Source: Vicugna vicugna (Eukaryota). From it: a stretch of 64,000 bases of DNA. Numbering within the stretch: position 1 is the first letter of the stretch; each line of letters begins with the position of its first letter. The position numbers and the translations under genes are program-made. Below are positions 24,701-39,716 of this stretch, piece by piece. The notes under the pieces were generated by a model. It worked only from the letters and a program-made list of their open reading frames with translations. It did not search any database and was not told the DNA's origin. Location of the stretch: NCBI GenBank assembly GCA_013265495.1, contig MU058844.1, forward strand, positions 7,067,260 through 7,131,259, written 5' to 3'.

Positions 24701-27700
24701 GTTTAATCAGTGTCAGAGCAGAAAGTAAACTCTTTTCTCTTGAGTCATACAGAAGTGTTTATTGTGGCCAGAATTCAATATTACATTAGGAATTTTTTTA
24801 TAGTTTCAATTTAAAATGTGCATTTTGAGCTTCACTTTAAGATTGGTTTGACTTTTTAGAAGACTATTTTTTAGAGCAGTTTGGGTTGACTTTTAATTAT
24901 GAAAATAATACATATTTATTTTATAAGATCTCAAGCTCTTGAAAATATTGAGAAGGAAATTTTTAAAAAATGCTCATAATCAAACCACTTTGTTTATTTT
25001 TAGAAGAACTAAACATTTCATACAAATTAAAATTTTTCATTAGTCAAAGTTTAGCACAGGAAGACTTATTTGTTTTTCAGGAGACTAAAGGCTTAAAACC
25101 TCTAGAAGAAAACATAAAAATTAAGTTTCATTTGTCTCAAATGTAGGCAGAAGCTTCACTCAGCTTATAGGGCAGGTGAAAGGCATTAAGATCAGATTAG
25201 GAGCAAAGGATTATAAAGTAAAGGCAAACTTAAACTTGTTTTATTATTTCTGATCCCCCATTTACAGAAGATTGCATTTCATAAAAGATTTAACTGCCTT
25301 TTATGGTGGGAATGTTTTAACACATTTATTTGTAAGGCTTTTGAGAATTTATAAACATTTTGTTTTAATTGTTGTTGTAAGACTGATGTATTATGGCTGC
25401 TGCTTTCCTCTGTTTTAGTTCAATAAATCTCCAAGTTCATATCCCCCAGACTTTTGATCGGTCTTTTCAATATACACGCCAGAATTTTCTTCCTGACCTT
25501 GTGCAGAAAGAAGAAACAAAGGCATGGGATGAATTAAATAATTAATGTTTTCTGGTATTCAATATACATTATAGATCCTTAAGAAAAATCTTTAAGATGT
25601 GAAAATTGATCAATGGTGAAAGATGAAGATACACCATTTTAAAACTTTTAATTTTAGGGATTTAAAATTTTTTAGCATACTTCTAAGTATTTACTAGTGA
25701 TTATTTTTACATTACTATTTCACACATACTAGTTTATTAATACACTGACAGTAAATTAAATTAAATTAAAATAAATTAAAATTTTAACATGTTCAGTTAC
25801 TCTATGAGGACAAAGCTGATTTTGCAGTTTCTTGATAATTTGAAGTTAGAACATAGAATAAAACCCACATATTGACTGTATGCGGTTTATGAATGCATAA
25901 TTCTCCTATGACTCTCCCTCAAAACCATCCAAACTGTCCTATTATTTTCATAAATGGTATTTAGCCCAGTTCAATAAACTGGAAGCAGTTTGTTTTGAGT
26001 GTAGTACTTTGAGTGTAACGCTATGTTAAAAAATGATTAAAGAAGACAATTTAAATGATACAAACAAAGGGGACCGGCTGACTGAATATACCAGATTTCT
26101 GGTCAAGTAGAGCATTTACAGGACACACAGATTATCTAAGTAGTTTTGGTTTGCTGACATGGCGCCCAAGCAGAAGTGACTCCATGTTGGGGCTAGAAAA
26201 TTATTTCAGCTGCTATCATGGGGTATATCATGAGATCATAACCAGTCGCCTACAGTATGAAATTTCCTCTTAGTTCACTGACCATACACGCACATGATTT
26301 TGTTCAGTCAACACATATTTATTAACCGCTTGCTACATAATTCATATATAATGAAAAATATATGATCATGAAGGAAAAGTAGATTTTGGTATTAAATAAA
26401 ATAACCAGCCAGATAAGAAAAATATTTGGAAAGCTAAAATTGAAAGCTATTAATTTAGCTGGAGAAAAAATTAATTCTTTGGATTTGTACATGCAGAATC
26501 CTCAGGGTAGAACTATAGAGCTTGGTCAGAAAAGCACCTTTACAGAGATGGCATTGGTATTATGGATTTACTGTCTTGGTTCATAGAAATAATTTTTAAG
26601 CTAAATCAGTCACAACAGTAAAATGATTGATTTTACTACCTGAGTTCATCAGAGATTATTGAGAGGGTATGATTTTTATACTGGTAAATTCTATAAAATA
26701 TGAATTTTTGAAAATTGAGGACTTTGTCTAGATGGTTCCTTGCCTCCCTCTTAGCTTCAAAATAATGTTTTTATTTTAGAAAATGTGTTGTCTTTGCTTC
26801 CAAAAAAAGAGTACTCATAAATTTCCTTGTAACTATCTTTAAGAAGAAAAAGAAAGAATTTTCCATTTCAAAGGAAGATAAAATTGGCTTTTTTTTTAAT
26901 TATAAGAAGTTTATTTTTAGAATGAAAATATGTTTGAAATTATGTATTTCATTAACCTTGCCCTTAAGAACATGTTATTAAGAGAAGTTTTACACTCTTT
27001 CTCACAATTCTTTTATTATTTTGTCAGTCTTAGGAAGATTAGACGCATTCATGCCTGCAGCTTTAGATGGAATTCCCTTCATTTATTTGAATCTCTTGAA
27101 ACTTCTTTTGTAAATGATAATCCAAGTCCAGTTAACAAAACAATCTTAGATGATCTAATAACATGTGGCTTAAAGTAGTGAGAAACCGTCCTCTAGTACA
27201 TTGCTACATAGGACATTCAGGTTTGAGCTCCTACAAAGACCTCTGAACAGAATAAAGCATAAATCAGTGCAAGCTGTGGAAACAATAGCTTTCCAAATAT
27301 TGTGCTCTAGTGTTGACATAGTGCCACAACACGAAAACATAGCAGAGTCTGATCAGACCACACTCAGGATTTCAAAGGAAAATATACAAGGCTGCACAGC
27401 ACAGATGCCACCTCTCTCCTCCTGGTGTACACACATCTGTCGCGGTTCTTAAATAGGTCTGTTTGGCTCAGAAGGGAGAGGGTATGGCACTGCCATTAAC
27501 TGTTTGATTTCAGTAAAGCTCCCTCTAACCAGTGATTTTAGAAGCATTTCTGGAGTGCCGTTTGCTAAGGCTCATTTGTTTCTTACTGATACCTTGCCAC
27601 TCTTTTCTGATGTTTACATGGGGCCTGTTTTTTGTTTTTTTTTAATATCGCAAGTCAGTGACAACAGTATGCACAACACATAGACAAAAATGCTTTCTTT

Positions 27701-28402
27701 TTGTCCAAGACATTCTATAGTAGTTAACATATTTGTATGTTTAACTCAAGATAACTGAAGAATGGTCTATATACAGTAAGTTCACTGCTGTCTTCTATGC
27801 CTCTACCAAAAAAGATAGGTCAAACTTGTCCCTATCCTCTGCCCTTCCTTCCAATGTACTGATCGTGAGCTATAATCATTATCTAGGATATAAGGCTTTG
27901 GGCAATATACAGATTTTCATCGTGACATTTTATATGTTTTTACAAGCTACTTAAGTATTTTTACTAAAAATGATGCTGAGACTTCCAGAGGCTATCATGC
28001 AATCAGATGATCAATTTAGACTCCAATCTTTGAAAAGGCAATGTAGTCAGGAGAGGGGAAGATGCTGGATCTAAAATTTGGTTCTAACAGAGCATCATGA
28101 TCCTATAAACGCATAGTTAACATTCTACTTTAATTGCATATATGTGTCAGAAATTTGATTTTAAATGTATTTCTTATAATTCCTGTTTATTAAGTTGCCT
28201 TTGGATACACACCATTGTGTGCCTGTTTATGTTGAGGGGCAAAAAGACCAAAAAAAATGTGACTCAGAGTCACCGTCCCTCTGAGTTACCCAGTGATGAG
28301 TAGTACACAGAAGGAGGAATAGGAATTCTAAAATTTCTGAATTTTTAAATATATATATACAAATTTCAAGTGTAATATTATATATATATATACAGCAGTT
28401 AG

Positions 28403-28610
28403 TAATAACTGACAACTATTATACACTCATTATATGCCATGTACTATCCTAAGATTGTTTCACACATATCTGTCTTTAAAGAAACTCTAGGAAGTAGATA
28501 CCATAAAAATCCCATTTTAGAGGTGAGTAAATCAAAGCGCAAATAGTTTGCTCAAGATTACACATGCATAGAGACTGTAATTAGGAATTAGTCAATTGAA
28601 CCTGGAGGTT
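28403..28610 (-). mobile_element. MIR SINE
   Basis: 'aataactgacaactattatacactcattatatgcca...cccattttagaggtgagtaaatcaaagcgca...tttgctcaagattacaca'. Confidence 0.75.
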
Positions 28611-29454
28611 CCTTTTTTAAAAATGTAGTTGCTTTTTAAACCTGTGAACATGTGGTGAGCCATGCAAAAGCATTCATAATTTGCTTAAATGATTTTTAAG
28701 TTTAATGTTGTTAACAGACATTATCTCTTAATAACTTATACTTGTGTATTTAGCATTCTAGCTGCAAGTGACAAAAATCTAGGAGCCACATGAGGTTTTT
28801 AAAATCATATTTTATTAATAAATTGATAAATAGCATTTATTATGCTAATTATTATACTAAGAAGTAGTATAATTAATAAATTATATTATCATATTATATT
28901 GGCACAGAGAATAACTCTGGAACTCAAACCACAGGAGTAGACTAGAAGCAAGGTCTGGAGCACAGACCTTTGAATAGAGTGTGAAAGATCCAAATAATTC
29001 AGAGCAGAAAATTGAAAAGAATTATATTTTCTTACCACTAAGAGATGAGATGTGGATTCTTTCTGACCTAGAGTTTTAAAAGGGATGGAAGATAAGGAAG
29101 TCTAGATGACGTTGTACAGAGGGATTGCATCTGTGAGAGATTTGTGAGATAAGCTGCATTCTTCAGGGAGGACCTCAGAGAAGAGATTTTACATCAGTTC
29201 CCAAAATTCATCCTGGAAAAAGACAAAGCCCTGATGCAGCCTGGACCTGGAATTGGCTCTGCAAAACCTCTTGCCTCCCTAGAGCACACTGGGAGCACAG
29301 CTGATACAGTCCAGAGCAACTGAAAGGGACAGAAGCCCAGCTGAGAGCAAGTGTTAAGAAGAGAAAATAAAGAGGCAGTGACTGTGGATTTAAACAGCAG
29401 ATGAAGCAGAAACAAAATTCTTGTCAAACCCTTTTCATTTTTAATTTCTTCCTT

Positions 29455-29930
29455 TTTCATTCATTTTTTTCCATCAAGTGTTTATCGAGCACATACTATG
29501 TGCCAGACATAATTCTAGGTGCTAAGGATACAGCAAAGAACAGAATTAAAATTTTCTGCCCTCCTTGGATGAAGGCTGACCATAAGTAAGATAAGTAAAT
29601 AGATAAATTGCCAGATGTTGGTAAGTGCTATGGAACAAAATAAATTGTGATGAAAGAATGCTAGGAGAGGGAGGATTTGCTTTTGTATCCTATAATCTGT
29701 TCAGGGAAAGATTCAGTAATAAAATGACAATTGGGGAGAAACCTGAAGGCAGTGAGAGAGGAAGTCACTTGTATATCTGGGGGAAGGAGCATGAAAATGG
29801 CAAATGCAAAAGCCCTGGAAGAGGAGTATGCTTGGAGTATACACAGAACAGCAAGGAGGCCAGTGTGGGTAGATTTTAGTGAGGAAGGGATGAGTAGGGC
29901 ATAGTGAGCTCTGATAGGGTCGATGGAAGC
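29455..29930 (-). mobile_element. L2a/b 3' end
   Basis: 'ttcattcat...caagtgtttatcgagcacatactatgtgccagacataattctaggtgctaaggatacagca...gcaaatgcaaaagccctgga...gaacagcaaggaggccagtgtgg'. Confidence 0.85.
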
Positions 29931-31989
29931 CAGTAAGCAAAAATAACACTACATATGCTCAAATCTGTGGTATTATTTAGGCCACCCCTAAATCCAAATA
30001 TCACCTGAAAAGAAGATATAATGCATGGAAAGACAGGAGAATATTGATTGACGGAACAGCTACTGACAAGGTTGAATTTCCTAAAGAAAGTGGCTCTGGA
30101 TAATTTTGCATTGCATAATTATGATCATCTAGTAAAAATTGGACCTAACCATGAACTGACTTAATTATTAAGAAATATTGAAAAAAATTGCATATATAAT
30201 TTTTATTGACCTACAAGTAGCACATTAAAAAATAAGTGTCTCCAAACAATGAAAAATAAATAGTGTATAGCTTTATTGAAAAAATATTAAATAACATTTC
30301 AGAGGCAATGCTTGGAATCTAACTTTGATTATTTTGAAGTAGTGTAAGTGTGGATGAAAAGTTAAATATCTTCATCAGCGTTTTGGGACTACTCAAGAGA
30401 AAAAAAAGGCCTAAACTGAGACAGACTACAAAAAATACAATGAATAACCTGAATATGGACTGCTCAATGAAGGAGACAAGAAATACGTTTTTTTTAAAAA
30501 TCACTAAAAAGCTTTGGCATGAAATTGGGTGATGGAAACATCTTGTGACTTAAAGTGTATTTTTAAAGATAATATTTGCTCAGGGCAAAGATATTTAAAT
30601 AACAGGGTTTTATAAGAATATTCCAAACAAATAATTTTGCATGGTTAACCAAATAAATTACTAAAAGTGCTAATTTGCATCTTGCAAACAGTAGGAAGGT
30701 TCTCTATTTCAATTTGACAATTATTTTAAGTGGTTTTATTTTCTAGAAATGGCAAAGCTTGATTCTGTTGGATCTTTGCTGAGTGATAGAAAGCATAGTT
30801 TTAATGTCTGCCAGTTCCTCACTAAACAAATAAAAGGAAAGAATGTCAGATACAAGTTAATGATTTTTCAGAAACAAACTAGTAGAATTTGTGCTTGTCA
30901 CTGTGGCTTAGAACAGAATATTCATTTATGCATACTAGTTGTTTTGTTTAGTTGTTTAGAGGATGTTATCAGTAAGGTCAAATCCATTGGTGGTTTATTT
31001 TCTATAAAATTTAGTTTCCCTTGCTCACTTTTTTCAGTCACACAATACCTGGATTTTATTTGATCATGGTTAGGCAGGGCTTATCCATCTACATAATGGA
31101 ATAACAAACAAGACATTATGTTTAGGTAGCAGTAGTAATTTCATACATGGTTAATTGATGTGGTTAGTAGTTAATTGCCTGTGTTTCCCACCAGAAACTA
31201 ACACAATAGTGTATACTGAGAGACTTAGATTTGCTAAGTTATTTAGGAATTAATCTGTTGATAGACAAAAGGCTATTGTGATCAACTGATAGATGGATAA
31301 ATGGGTAGATGGATGGATGGATAAGAAATGCAATTTACTAAAGAAAAGTTTGGATGTCTCTCCCCTGGGAAGGCTGTGTTTTCTCCATTATTTTTGCTTG
31401 ACATTTAAAAAAATGAAAATCTGTGAGAATTAAAATATTGCACCTGGAGTCTGTGGCACTGAAACAAAGTAGGACATAAGAGTCAGAAAAAAAAAAAAAA
31501 AAAGGAAGAAGTTAGGTTGTCAGATAGATTCTTACAGCTTTTTCTATGATTATACTTTTCTAATTACACAAAATTAACAATCCGTTCTTATAGGTCCAAT
31601 AATAATTATGGTAATTTGTAACTTCTGGTAAATTCTTACATTCACTCCTTTATCAGGTTCTAAAATGACCAGGATGTTTTTCATTGTCAGATTCTTCTTA
31701 GTTTTTTTTTTTTTTCTTTTACCAAACAAACCTACTAAGTTTCTTGCTGTCATCTTAATAATTCTTATGCTCAGCTTGATTATATCTTCCCTAAACCAAA
31801 CCAAAAATATTAATCTTTACTCACTTATGTGAAATTCTATACCCTGTAATATAAGGCCTTCTATAACAGGTAATGCTTTTCAAGCCTTCTTTCCCAGAGT
31901 TACACTAATCACTTGGCTAAAACTCATATTTTTCCGCAATTTCCTTCCTACTCTTACTCTTCTTGTAGATATCATGATAACAACACTAA

Positions 31990-32210
31990 TGTGACTTATT
32001 TTATGATTGCCATTATATAGTTTACAAACCACTTCCACAAATACTTAGGCCACTTAATCCTGAAAAAAAAAAAAAAAAGCAAAAGCCCTTTAGGAGTCTA
32101 TCTTCATTTTGTTGATAAAGCACAAGGGACTCCATAAACGTGACCCATGAGTAGAGCCAAGTTTCACATCCACTTCTTTGCTATTGAAGATTATTCCACT
32201 TACCATGGCT
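31990..32210 (-). mobile_element. MIR SINE (diverged)
   Basis: 'tatatagtttacaaaccacttccaca...cttaatcct...tatcttcattttgttgataaagcacaagg...gtagagccaag'. Confidence 0.55.
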
Positions 32211-33687
32211 TTTTCCAATTTCTTGGAATATGATGGAATCTTAGATCAGGGGAACATCTTAACAATCAGCTAATCTAACCATTTTATTTTATAGACAAGA
32301 ATATAAATAAGTTTCCTGGCCTTGGAAAGGCCTGGTCTTCCCCACCTGGGTTTAAAATATCTGTGCTCTGTATGCAACACTTCATGGAATCAAAGATGAC
32401 TAGGACATGGTCAGTGAATGACCAAATAAAATATGTATTCTGTGACAGAGGCACTTTAGCAAAGAGGTGAAGAAAAGTAGGTAAAGAGGCAATCAGTTCA
32501 GAATGGAAATCTGGGGAATGACTTTTCTCAAACACAACCTCATGATATTTTATTGACAGATTATTCTTACAGCATCCTCCTTAATATATAGATATTTATG
32601 AAAATATCTTGAGGACATAGCTTTTAAGTGCTTCAAAATTTTCCAACAGAATATTGAATTATACATGTACATAGTAGTCAATTGTTCTTTGTTTAAATGA
32701 GCCATATAATCACATAGTATAGAATTAGCTATAAAAATAATAACTTCAATTTGTTTAGTGTTTATTTTACATTCTAATTAACAGTCTAAATATTTAATAC
32801 ATATCACATTTCATGCTGAGAATACGTGTCTGAGACAAATACCATCCCCATGATATTGTATTCATTAATCCAATTCCAGTGCATACCAAGAGTTTTATAG
32901 ACGATTTGAAAGCATTGAGAGTAAGGACCAGTAGCTCTGATTGGACCATGAACATAATTTATTTGAATGGAGGAAAGGAGAAACACAATAAATTAGACTT
33001 ATAGAACCAATAGAATTTGATATATATGATTTCATCTTACATTTGAATATAAGGAATTGAAATTTAAGAGAAAACTATTTTACTAGCAGAGACAAGAAGA
33101 AGTTGAATGTATAATTTTATTAACTTTTAGTTCTTGGCATTCATGATAATCTCTTTGGATTTGAGTCCAGATGGAAACAAATTATGAGAATGTTCTAGTT
33201 TGAAAATTCAGAAACTAGAAGGTATTAGCTGTGAAGATCATTTTTAATAGAAGGAGGGAGAAATAATACATTAAAAATATTTTCAGTAAGTAAAAATTCA
33301 AACACACTGAAAGTATATAAAATGGTATAATGCTGCATAACATCCAAATTTAACAATTGTAAATGTTATATATCTATATGTACTTTATCTACATTTTTAA
33401 TTATTTGAAAGTAAATAAATAAAATACAGATAGTTTAATGGTTAAGTATGCATCTCTAAGAAAATTGCCTGCATAACCAGAATATTACTTGTTCTCATAA
33501 TCCTATTTTTTTAAGGGATGCCAATAATGTTATTCTTAGTGATTATTTCAAATCAGATTCCAGTTAAGGATTACACCATATACTTGCTTAGACCAGACTT
33601 ATTAAAAAACAAACAAACACTTTTGACTTGGGAAACTTACAACAGTTGGAGCAGATTAGTCATGATTTGTAATAAATATTAATATGT

Positions 33688-34230
33688 TGTATATCAGTTA
33701 TCTATTGCTGCCTAACAAACCAGTCCAAGTATAGTGACTTAACATTGCCATTAATTTAACTTACAATGTGGTTTGTTAAATTGGGCTGAATTCAACCAAT
33801 AATATGTTTTATTCTTGACTGAATTCTGTCAATCATATGGTCAACTGCCAGTCAGTTTCAGAATGCCTGAGAGAGGCAGGTCTAAGATAGTCTCATTCAT
33901 ATGTGTTGTTTGACCTTATATCAGAGCAATAAGAGCAACCAGCCATGTGTCTGTCATTATCTAACAGAATAGTCTGAATTTGTTCAAATGCTGTCTCAGC
34001 TGGGTTCTAAAATAAAGAGTAAATGTGTGCAGTCTGTTGAGGACTAGACACAGAATCTGGATACCTTTGATTCTACCACATTCTACTGTAAAAGTAAACT
34101 GCAAGGACACCCAGATTCAATATGGGCAGGGATGATTTTATTTTGGGTGGGTGGAGCTGCAGAGTCACATTGCAAAGGGGTTTTCATAAGAGAGATGTGG
34201 AGAACTGTGGCCATTTTTGCAATCTACCAC
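33688..34230 (-). mobile_element. MaLR LTR (MLT1F/G-like)
   Basis: 'tgtatatcagttatctattgctgcctaacaaacc...gctgcagagtcacattgcaaaggg...gtggccatttttgcaatctaccac'. Confidence 0.8.
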
Positions 34231-35309
34231 TTGTGTATTGTCTTAAAATGTCACCATGTGAAGAACATGGGAGAACTTTGCTTTTGAATCATTAGATAAA
34301 CCTCTTGATTCAGATTTCTTGAGTATGATTTTTAGCTCCAGACTTACTAACTGGGCAAATTTCGGTAGGATTCTTAATATCCTATGAGTCTCAATGTCAT
34401 GACTTAAACTCATGGCTTATGACATATTGGGTTCATTTCAAGGTGGGCCAAGGAGCCATGTACCATGTTGTGCACAGATGTAGTGTTTGTACTAGTTTAA
34501 ATTATAATATAAGTGCTTATTATTATAGCAAAATATATATAAAAAGAGTTTTTCATATAATAAAATCCTATTCAGGTAAATAAGAGTAAGATAATTTTTT
34601 TTATAAATAAATTGATAAATAGTTATCTACTTATGTATGCCAAAACATACTCCCAAGAGAAAGACAGTTATGGAATTCAGATGGTAATTCATCTGTAATC
34701 CAATTAAAAACACCCTAAACTGTAATACAATTATCAATATATACATTGTCCTATGTAAAATATAAAAAAACAGAGAGGATGGATGCATAACAAATTTAGG
34801 ACTATGATTACTTTAGGATTGACAGAGTAATTTTGAATGGATCACTGTAAGGTTTTGTTACTTTTATATTTTAAATGACCTAATGTACTCTAATGTCGAT
34901 CTTTTTATGTTCTTTTATGTTTTATAAAAAGTATCAATAAACAAATATTTGTATGTGGAAAAACTGGACACAACATAATCACATAGCTTGTATTGAATTC
35001 TGGCTGTGAAGAAATAGAGTGGTGACTAGAAGGGCTATGAGGTCAAGAGGCAGATTTGTTTGTCTTTCTATTTTCAGTTTTACCTTTAATTCAATTTAAG
35101 CTTCATGTGAAAAATATAAGCAGAGAGTCAGCTTTATTATTTGTAATTAAAATCTATACTGAAAATAACCCACTTAATGGCAATTTTAATTTATTTTCAA
35201 AGCACTGTCTTTGATTCCACTTTAGGTCGTATATCATATATTCAGTATTAATTTTGCAAGTATTTAAAGTTTAATCGGATGCTAAAGTACATAATTTCAA
35301 TTTCAAATA

Positions 35310-35667
35310 TAAAACTCCCATATGAAATATGCCCTTCCTATACCAGGAGAAAAGAAGCATTTTTATCATCAGGGAAGGGAAATTTAAGACAATGAGAATT
35401 TTGCACAAACATACCTTGTTAAAATAATTCTTATCTTCCTCTAGGCTCCCCACAAGTTTTAGTTACTTTTCCACAATTGCCTCTCTTTGTTCAATCTATT
35501 GTAAAAGCATTTAGGTTTTGCCACTTTTCTGGGTCTCCGTTTCCTTAAGAAAGCGTCCTTGTAACTTGAAACTGAAATTATTATATGCTTTTTGTTAAAT
35601 TGTCTTTTGTTACAGAGTCAGAGTTGAAACCTTAGATGGGTAGAGGAAAGAATTTTTCTTCCCTACA
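35310..35667 (+). mobile_element. ERV1 LTR 3' portion (MER34-like)
   Basis: 'gcacaaacataccttgttaaaataattcttatcttcc...tttgccacttttctgggtct...tgtcttttgttacag...gatgggtagaggaaagaatttttcttccctaca'. Confidence 0.7.
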
Positions 35668-37544
35668 GTGATATATATACAGAATACAAGAGTAATCAAT
35701 TATCAGATGATACTGTAGATAGCTGATCTTGAGCTAGTTTTTCCCACCTTAGTTTATCTGCCACCAAGCTGCCAGGAAGAGATCACATTTAAGCCGATCT
35801 TCCATTCAGTGAAACCGTAAATGTGTAAGGGCTCCGGCTACACCTGTTACAGAACTCACACACATGACACTGGAGGGCACTCTCAGAGCACTGACAAAGA
35901 GGGACTTCAGCCATTTCACTAAGGTTGCCTGCCCCCTCCCCCTCCCTTCCCTCCTCCCAGACACCAGAACACAGGAAGAGAGAGGGATCTAGAAAAGGTA
36001 GGACAGAGAAGAAGTAAAGATGAGACTCTATCACCTCTCCACTCCAAGGACCTCAGGCAAAGGCTAGGCTAATACTGAGGGTGTGGAAAGGGAGAATGTG
36101 GAAGATAAACAGATAATCAAAATCATAAATTGGATTGTGTAGGGATGGATTTTTAAAGTCACTAACCATGACTGGGAGGCAATAAGATATTCCAAGGATA
36201 ACATTAAGAAACAGAATGTAGCTTAGTTGAGGCCAGTGATTGAAGAGAAATCAAACCATTTTGTGTTTGTACCCTGCCAAGGGTGAACTTACTAAAATCA
36301 TTTGCATTTTATATATTTCTTTGTTTTGTTCATATTTGGATGTACCTATACTTCATTCCAAAAAGAATATTGACAGTGTTTGCATTAAGTGGCTGCATTT
36401 AAGAGGCATAGTGGTGAAGAAATAGAGGTATTAGAGTAGAAACTGAAAGACATGGTAGAGGGCATACCAAATCCTCATAATAAAATATTCTGTTCTTTGC
36501 CGGAGGTGATTCACATAGCCAGCCAATTCTGATTGTTCTATCAGCCAGTGCAAAAGGATGGACATATTTAGTTCCAGCACTCAAAGTGTGAATAAAAGCA
36601 AACAAGTTGCTATGGAGAATAATGAATAGTCAGAGAACAGATGTTTATTAATTGTCCCGCTGTATCAGGACAACGAACTCTTGTAACTACACAATGTCCT
36701 CGCCTCCAGGGAGCTCACAATCTAATGTGAAAAAGTCCTTTAACAAATATTTGCAAGTGTAAATGAGAAGTACAACATGTAAGGATTGAGCTTTTTTATA
36801 TATTATACTTGACAGGAATTCCTCTGACATAAGGTACTTACGGGAGTGTCTATATATTTGTGACTGGGAGTGTGCACACACTTCCACATATACAGTGTAA
36901 CTCCTAATCAATAATTAACAGAACTTTAGCCTCACTCAGATAGTAGGACCAGAGTAATTTTGTTCAACATTTTTATTCCTTGGATTATCAACCACAATCC
37001 AGTTGTTGAATTACGTTGAGGTATATCAGTGACTTAAGTGTAGATGTTGAAGCTCTGTTAGCAATGAGTGTGAAATCTAAAATTTTATTTCTGCTCTTAA
37101 TCCAGTAGCTTTCTCACACATAACACACTACTAGGTTTCCAAGAAATTTACAGGAACTGCTAACAGAAGTGGAAAATTGTTCAGAAATAGAAAATTTTAG
37201 GAGAAATCCGATATAAACAAATAGTAATGTGGTTAATAGTGAGAACTTCACTGGGTGCTGACTAGAGATATCTGTCCTGTTTACATTGTTGGCCTAAAGA
37301 ATCCTGATGAGATTTTACAGCTCATTTTTAGCTACTCAAACAAATTTTTCAGTAGAAACATTAAAAAGCAATGTAATGGTTTGGTTTTAAGTTTCAAATA
37401 AGTGAATGAAAATTTATAGGGACTGTATTTCTGAATCTAAATGAAAGCATAAATCTAAAGTTAAATGATAACTAAGGACTGAAATATTGATACATTAACT
37501 TAAGCTTACAGGAAATAGTTAATTAACAACGGGCTTTGAATTAT

Positions 37545-37999
37545 ATATTAATTTGGGCATACAATAAGCTTTTGTTAACAAGAGAGGAGAAAAAGACCAC
37601 AAAATGCTGTGGATAAAACAATATGGAAATATAGTTCCAAACAATTCTGATGGACAGGGTCCAGGGTTGGTTGGGCAGTTCTGATACCCTCAACGTTTGG
37701 CTTCCAAGTTTGAGTCAAAAGATACTGATCAAGTTTTTACCATCATCCAGACAGTGGGAAAGGAGAGAGAGCCACAGGAATGCATCACAAAATCTTTTCA
37801 AGTTGTCTTGGAAATGGCAATCACTACTGAGGTTCATCAGACATAGGACTGACCAGAACTTAGTCTCAGGGTAATATGTAGCTACAAAAGGCTTAAGATT
37901 TAATATATATGTGAGCAGATATATACATATGAGCAGATAAACTCTATGTCTATGGAACAGGGGAGAACAGATATTGGTGACACCTGGTAGTCCCCCACA
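37545..37999 (-). mobile_element. MaLR LTR (MLT1J/K-like)
   Basis: Diverged: 'gacagggtccagggttggttgggcagttctg...ggaaatggcaatcact...gaccagaacttagtc...gggagaacagatattggtga'. Confidence 0.5.
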
Positions 38000-39289
38000 A
38001 GATATATCTCAACCACAACTTCCTAACAAATACTTTTTGTTGTCAGAATTATAGATCTTACATAACATTTTTAAGCTGTAAGCTTAAAATATGATTAGAA
38101 GAAATTAGAAGAATTTTATTCACAGTTTCATCCTTTGAACTGACTAACTTATTCCATCATTTATTTCCACCTTTAATAAAACATTTCATAATTTCCAATG
38201 TTTTGAACATTCTAAATATGTATGAAAATAAATAGGTTGTGTTCACTTTTTCATTGCATTTCTCCATCATTATAATGTATACATTCAATTCCATTGACTC
38301 TGTATAAATGTATGTGTCTACAAACGTCTTAGAAAGTCCCTACCTTAATAGAGAATTTTGGCACTAGACTTACATTCTTCTCTACCCAGAAAATTCTGCA
38401 GTGATTCTAGATGAATACACTGTCCATCCATCATCTTATCTTTACTATTGTTTGAAAAAAGCATTGAATTTTGAGATCAGTGTGGTCCTTGTAGATTATA
38501 AATGTTCATCCAGAAATGTGTGACTATGTGAGGAAAGGCCTTGAAAGCTATCTCAGTGAGGGCTTGTAGGATATTCTTCACTACATGTTCCTCTCCTAAA
38601 ATTCAGAGTTGGGCTTCCAGACTCAGAAATAAAGAAATGATTAATCTCTCAAGAAAAATTCATATCAAATCAACAAGTCTAACAAGGCTTATATTTATGC
38701 GATAATAATGCATCATCTGAAACAATTCCTGAACTGACACAGTTAAGTGAGAAAACCACTATTTTACAAATATTTACTGAGTATTAATATTTTGTACAAA
38801 ATATAGTGCTAGCAGGGTATAGTTAGACAAATCAGCGCTCTAGAGAGTAAATGAAAGAGGGGCTTCTATGAATAACTAACAGAGGACAATGAACAAAGAG
38901 CAGTAAAATGCTACTGTCTTTGAACTTGGAGCTTTCAACTTAAAAATTCTTCTTTAATGGTCCATAAATAATTAACACCCCCCATCTGCTATATGATCCA
39001 GTCTCTAAATACATAAATAACACTGTTTAAAATAGAATATGGTGATATTGGAAAGGCTATTATCCTAGCCCATTTATTTTTATATATATGCTCCTCATTA
39101 ATAAGCAATGTGACTGCTCAAATACACACATTTTCCATTTTCATTGTAGGTCTGCTTTAAGGACTTATCTGATTTTGGTGACATATTAGCAAACTAACTT
39201 ATTCCTGCTTTAACACTATACAATCTTCATTAAGATGGTTTTATAATGGCTATTTCTTACAAGCTAAGTCACTTATATAGCTTATAATT

Positions 39290-39612
39290 AAACTCTGAGT
39301 AAAATAAAATTTCAAAACAAATGTTGATTAAACACAGTATGGGTTTATTTCTTTCACACGTAAAAGCGGCGTGAGTGAGCCAAGGGTGGTAGATCAGCTT
39401 CAGGAGCATCAGGACCTGTGGTCTTACCACCTTGTTCTTTCTATCATTGTCACTGCCTCGTTTCTGCTTCATGGCTCAGTTCCAAATTCTAGCCACAAAG
39501 GGGAGGGGAGAAAAAAAAAAGGGGAAAAGCAATACGCAGTGGCTTTAAGGACAGTTACTGGAAGTAACACACACCACTACCACTAATGTCCCATTTAACA
39601 GATCTTACTCAC
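39290..39612 (-). mobile_element. MaLR LTR (MLT1J-like)
   Basis: 'gtttatttctttcacacgtaaaag...catcaggacc...tcttaccaccttgttctttctatcat...tcccatttaacagatcttactcac'. Confidence 0.55.
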
Positions 39613-39617
39613 CTTTA

Positions 39618-39716
39618 CAATCAACCCTGGAACGATGCAGGGCTTAGCGGCATTCACCCTCCATGCTGGTCAAAATCAGCCTGAATTTAGTGGGCCTTCC
39701 ATGTCTCGGTTCCTTC
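39618..39716 (-). mobile_element. MER8 fragment
   Basis: 'caatcaaccctggaacgatgcagggcttagcggcattcaccctccatgctggtcaaaatc' corresponds to the reverse of the right half of the MER8 at 10418-10630. Confidence 0.65.

Noticed and set aside
26158..26193. CA|TGGCGCCCAA resembling a tRNA-Lys primer-binding site
   Set aside because: Only 10 nt match, with no LTR upstream and no gag-like sequence downstream.
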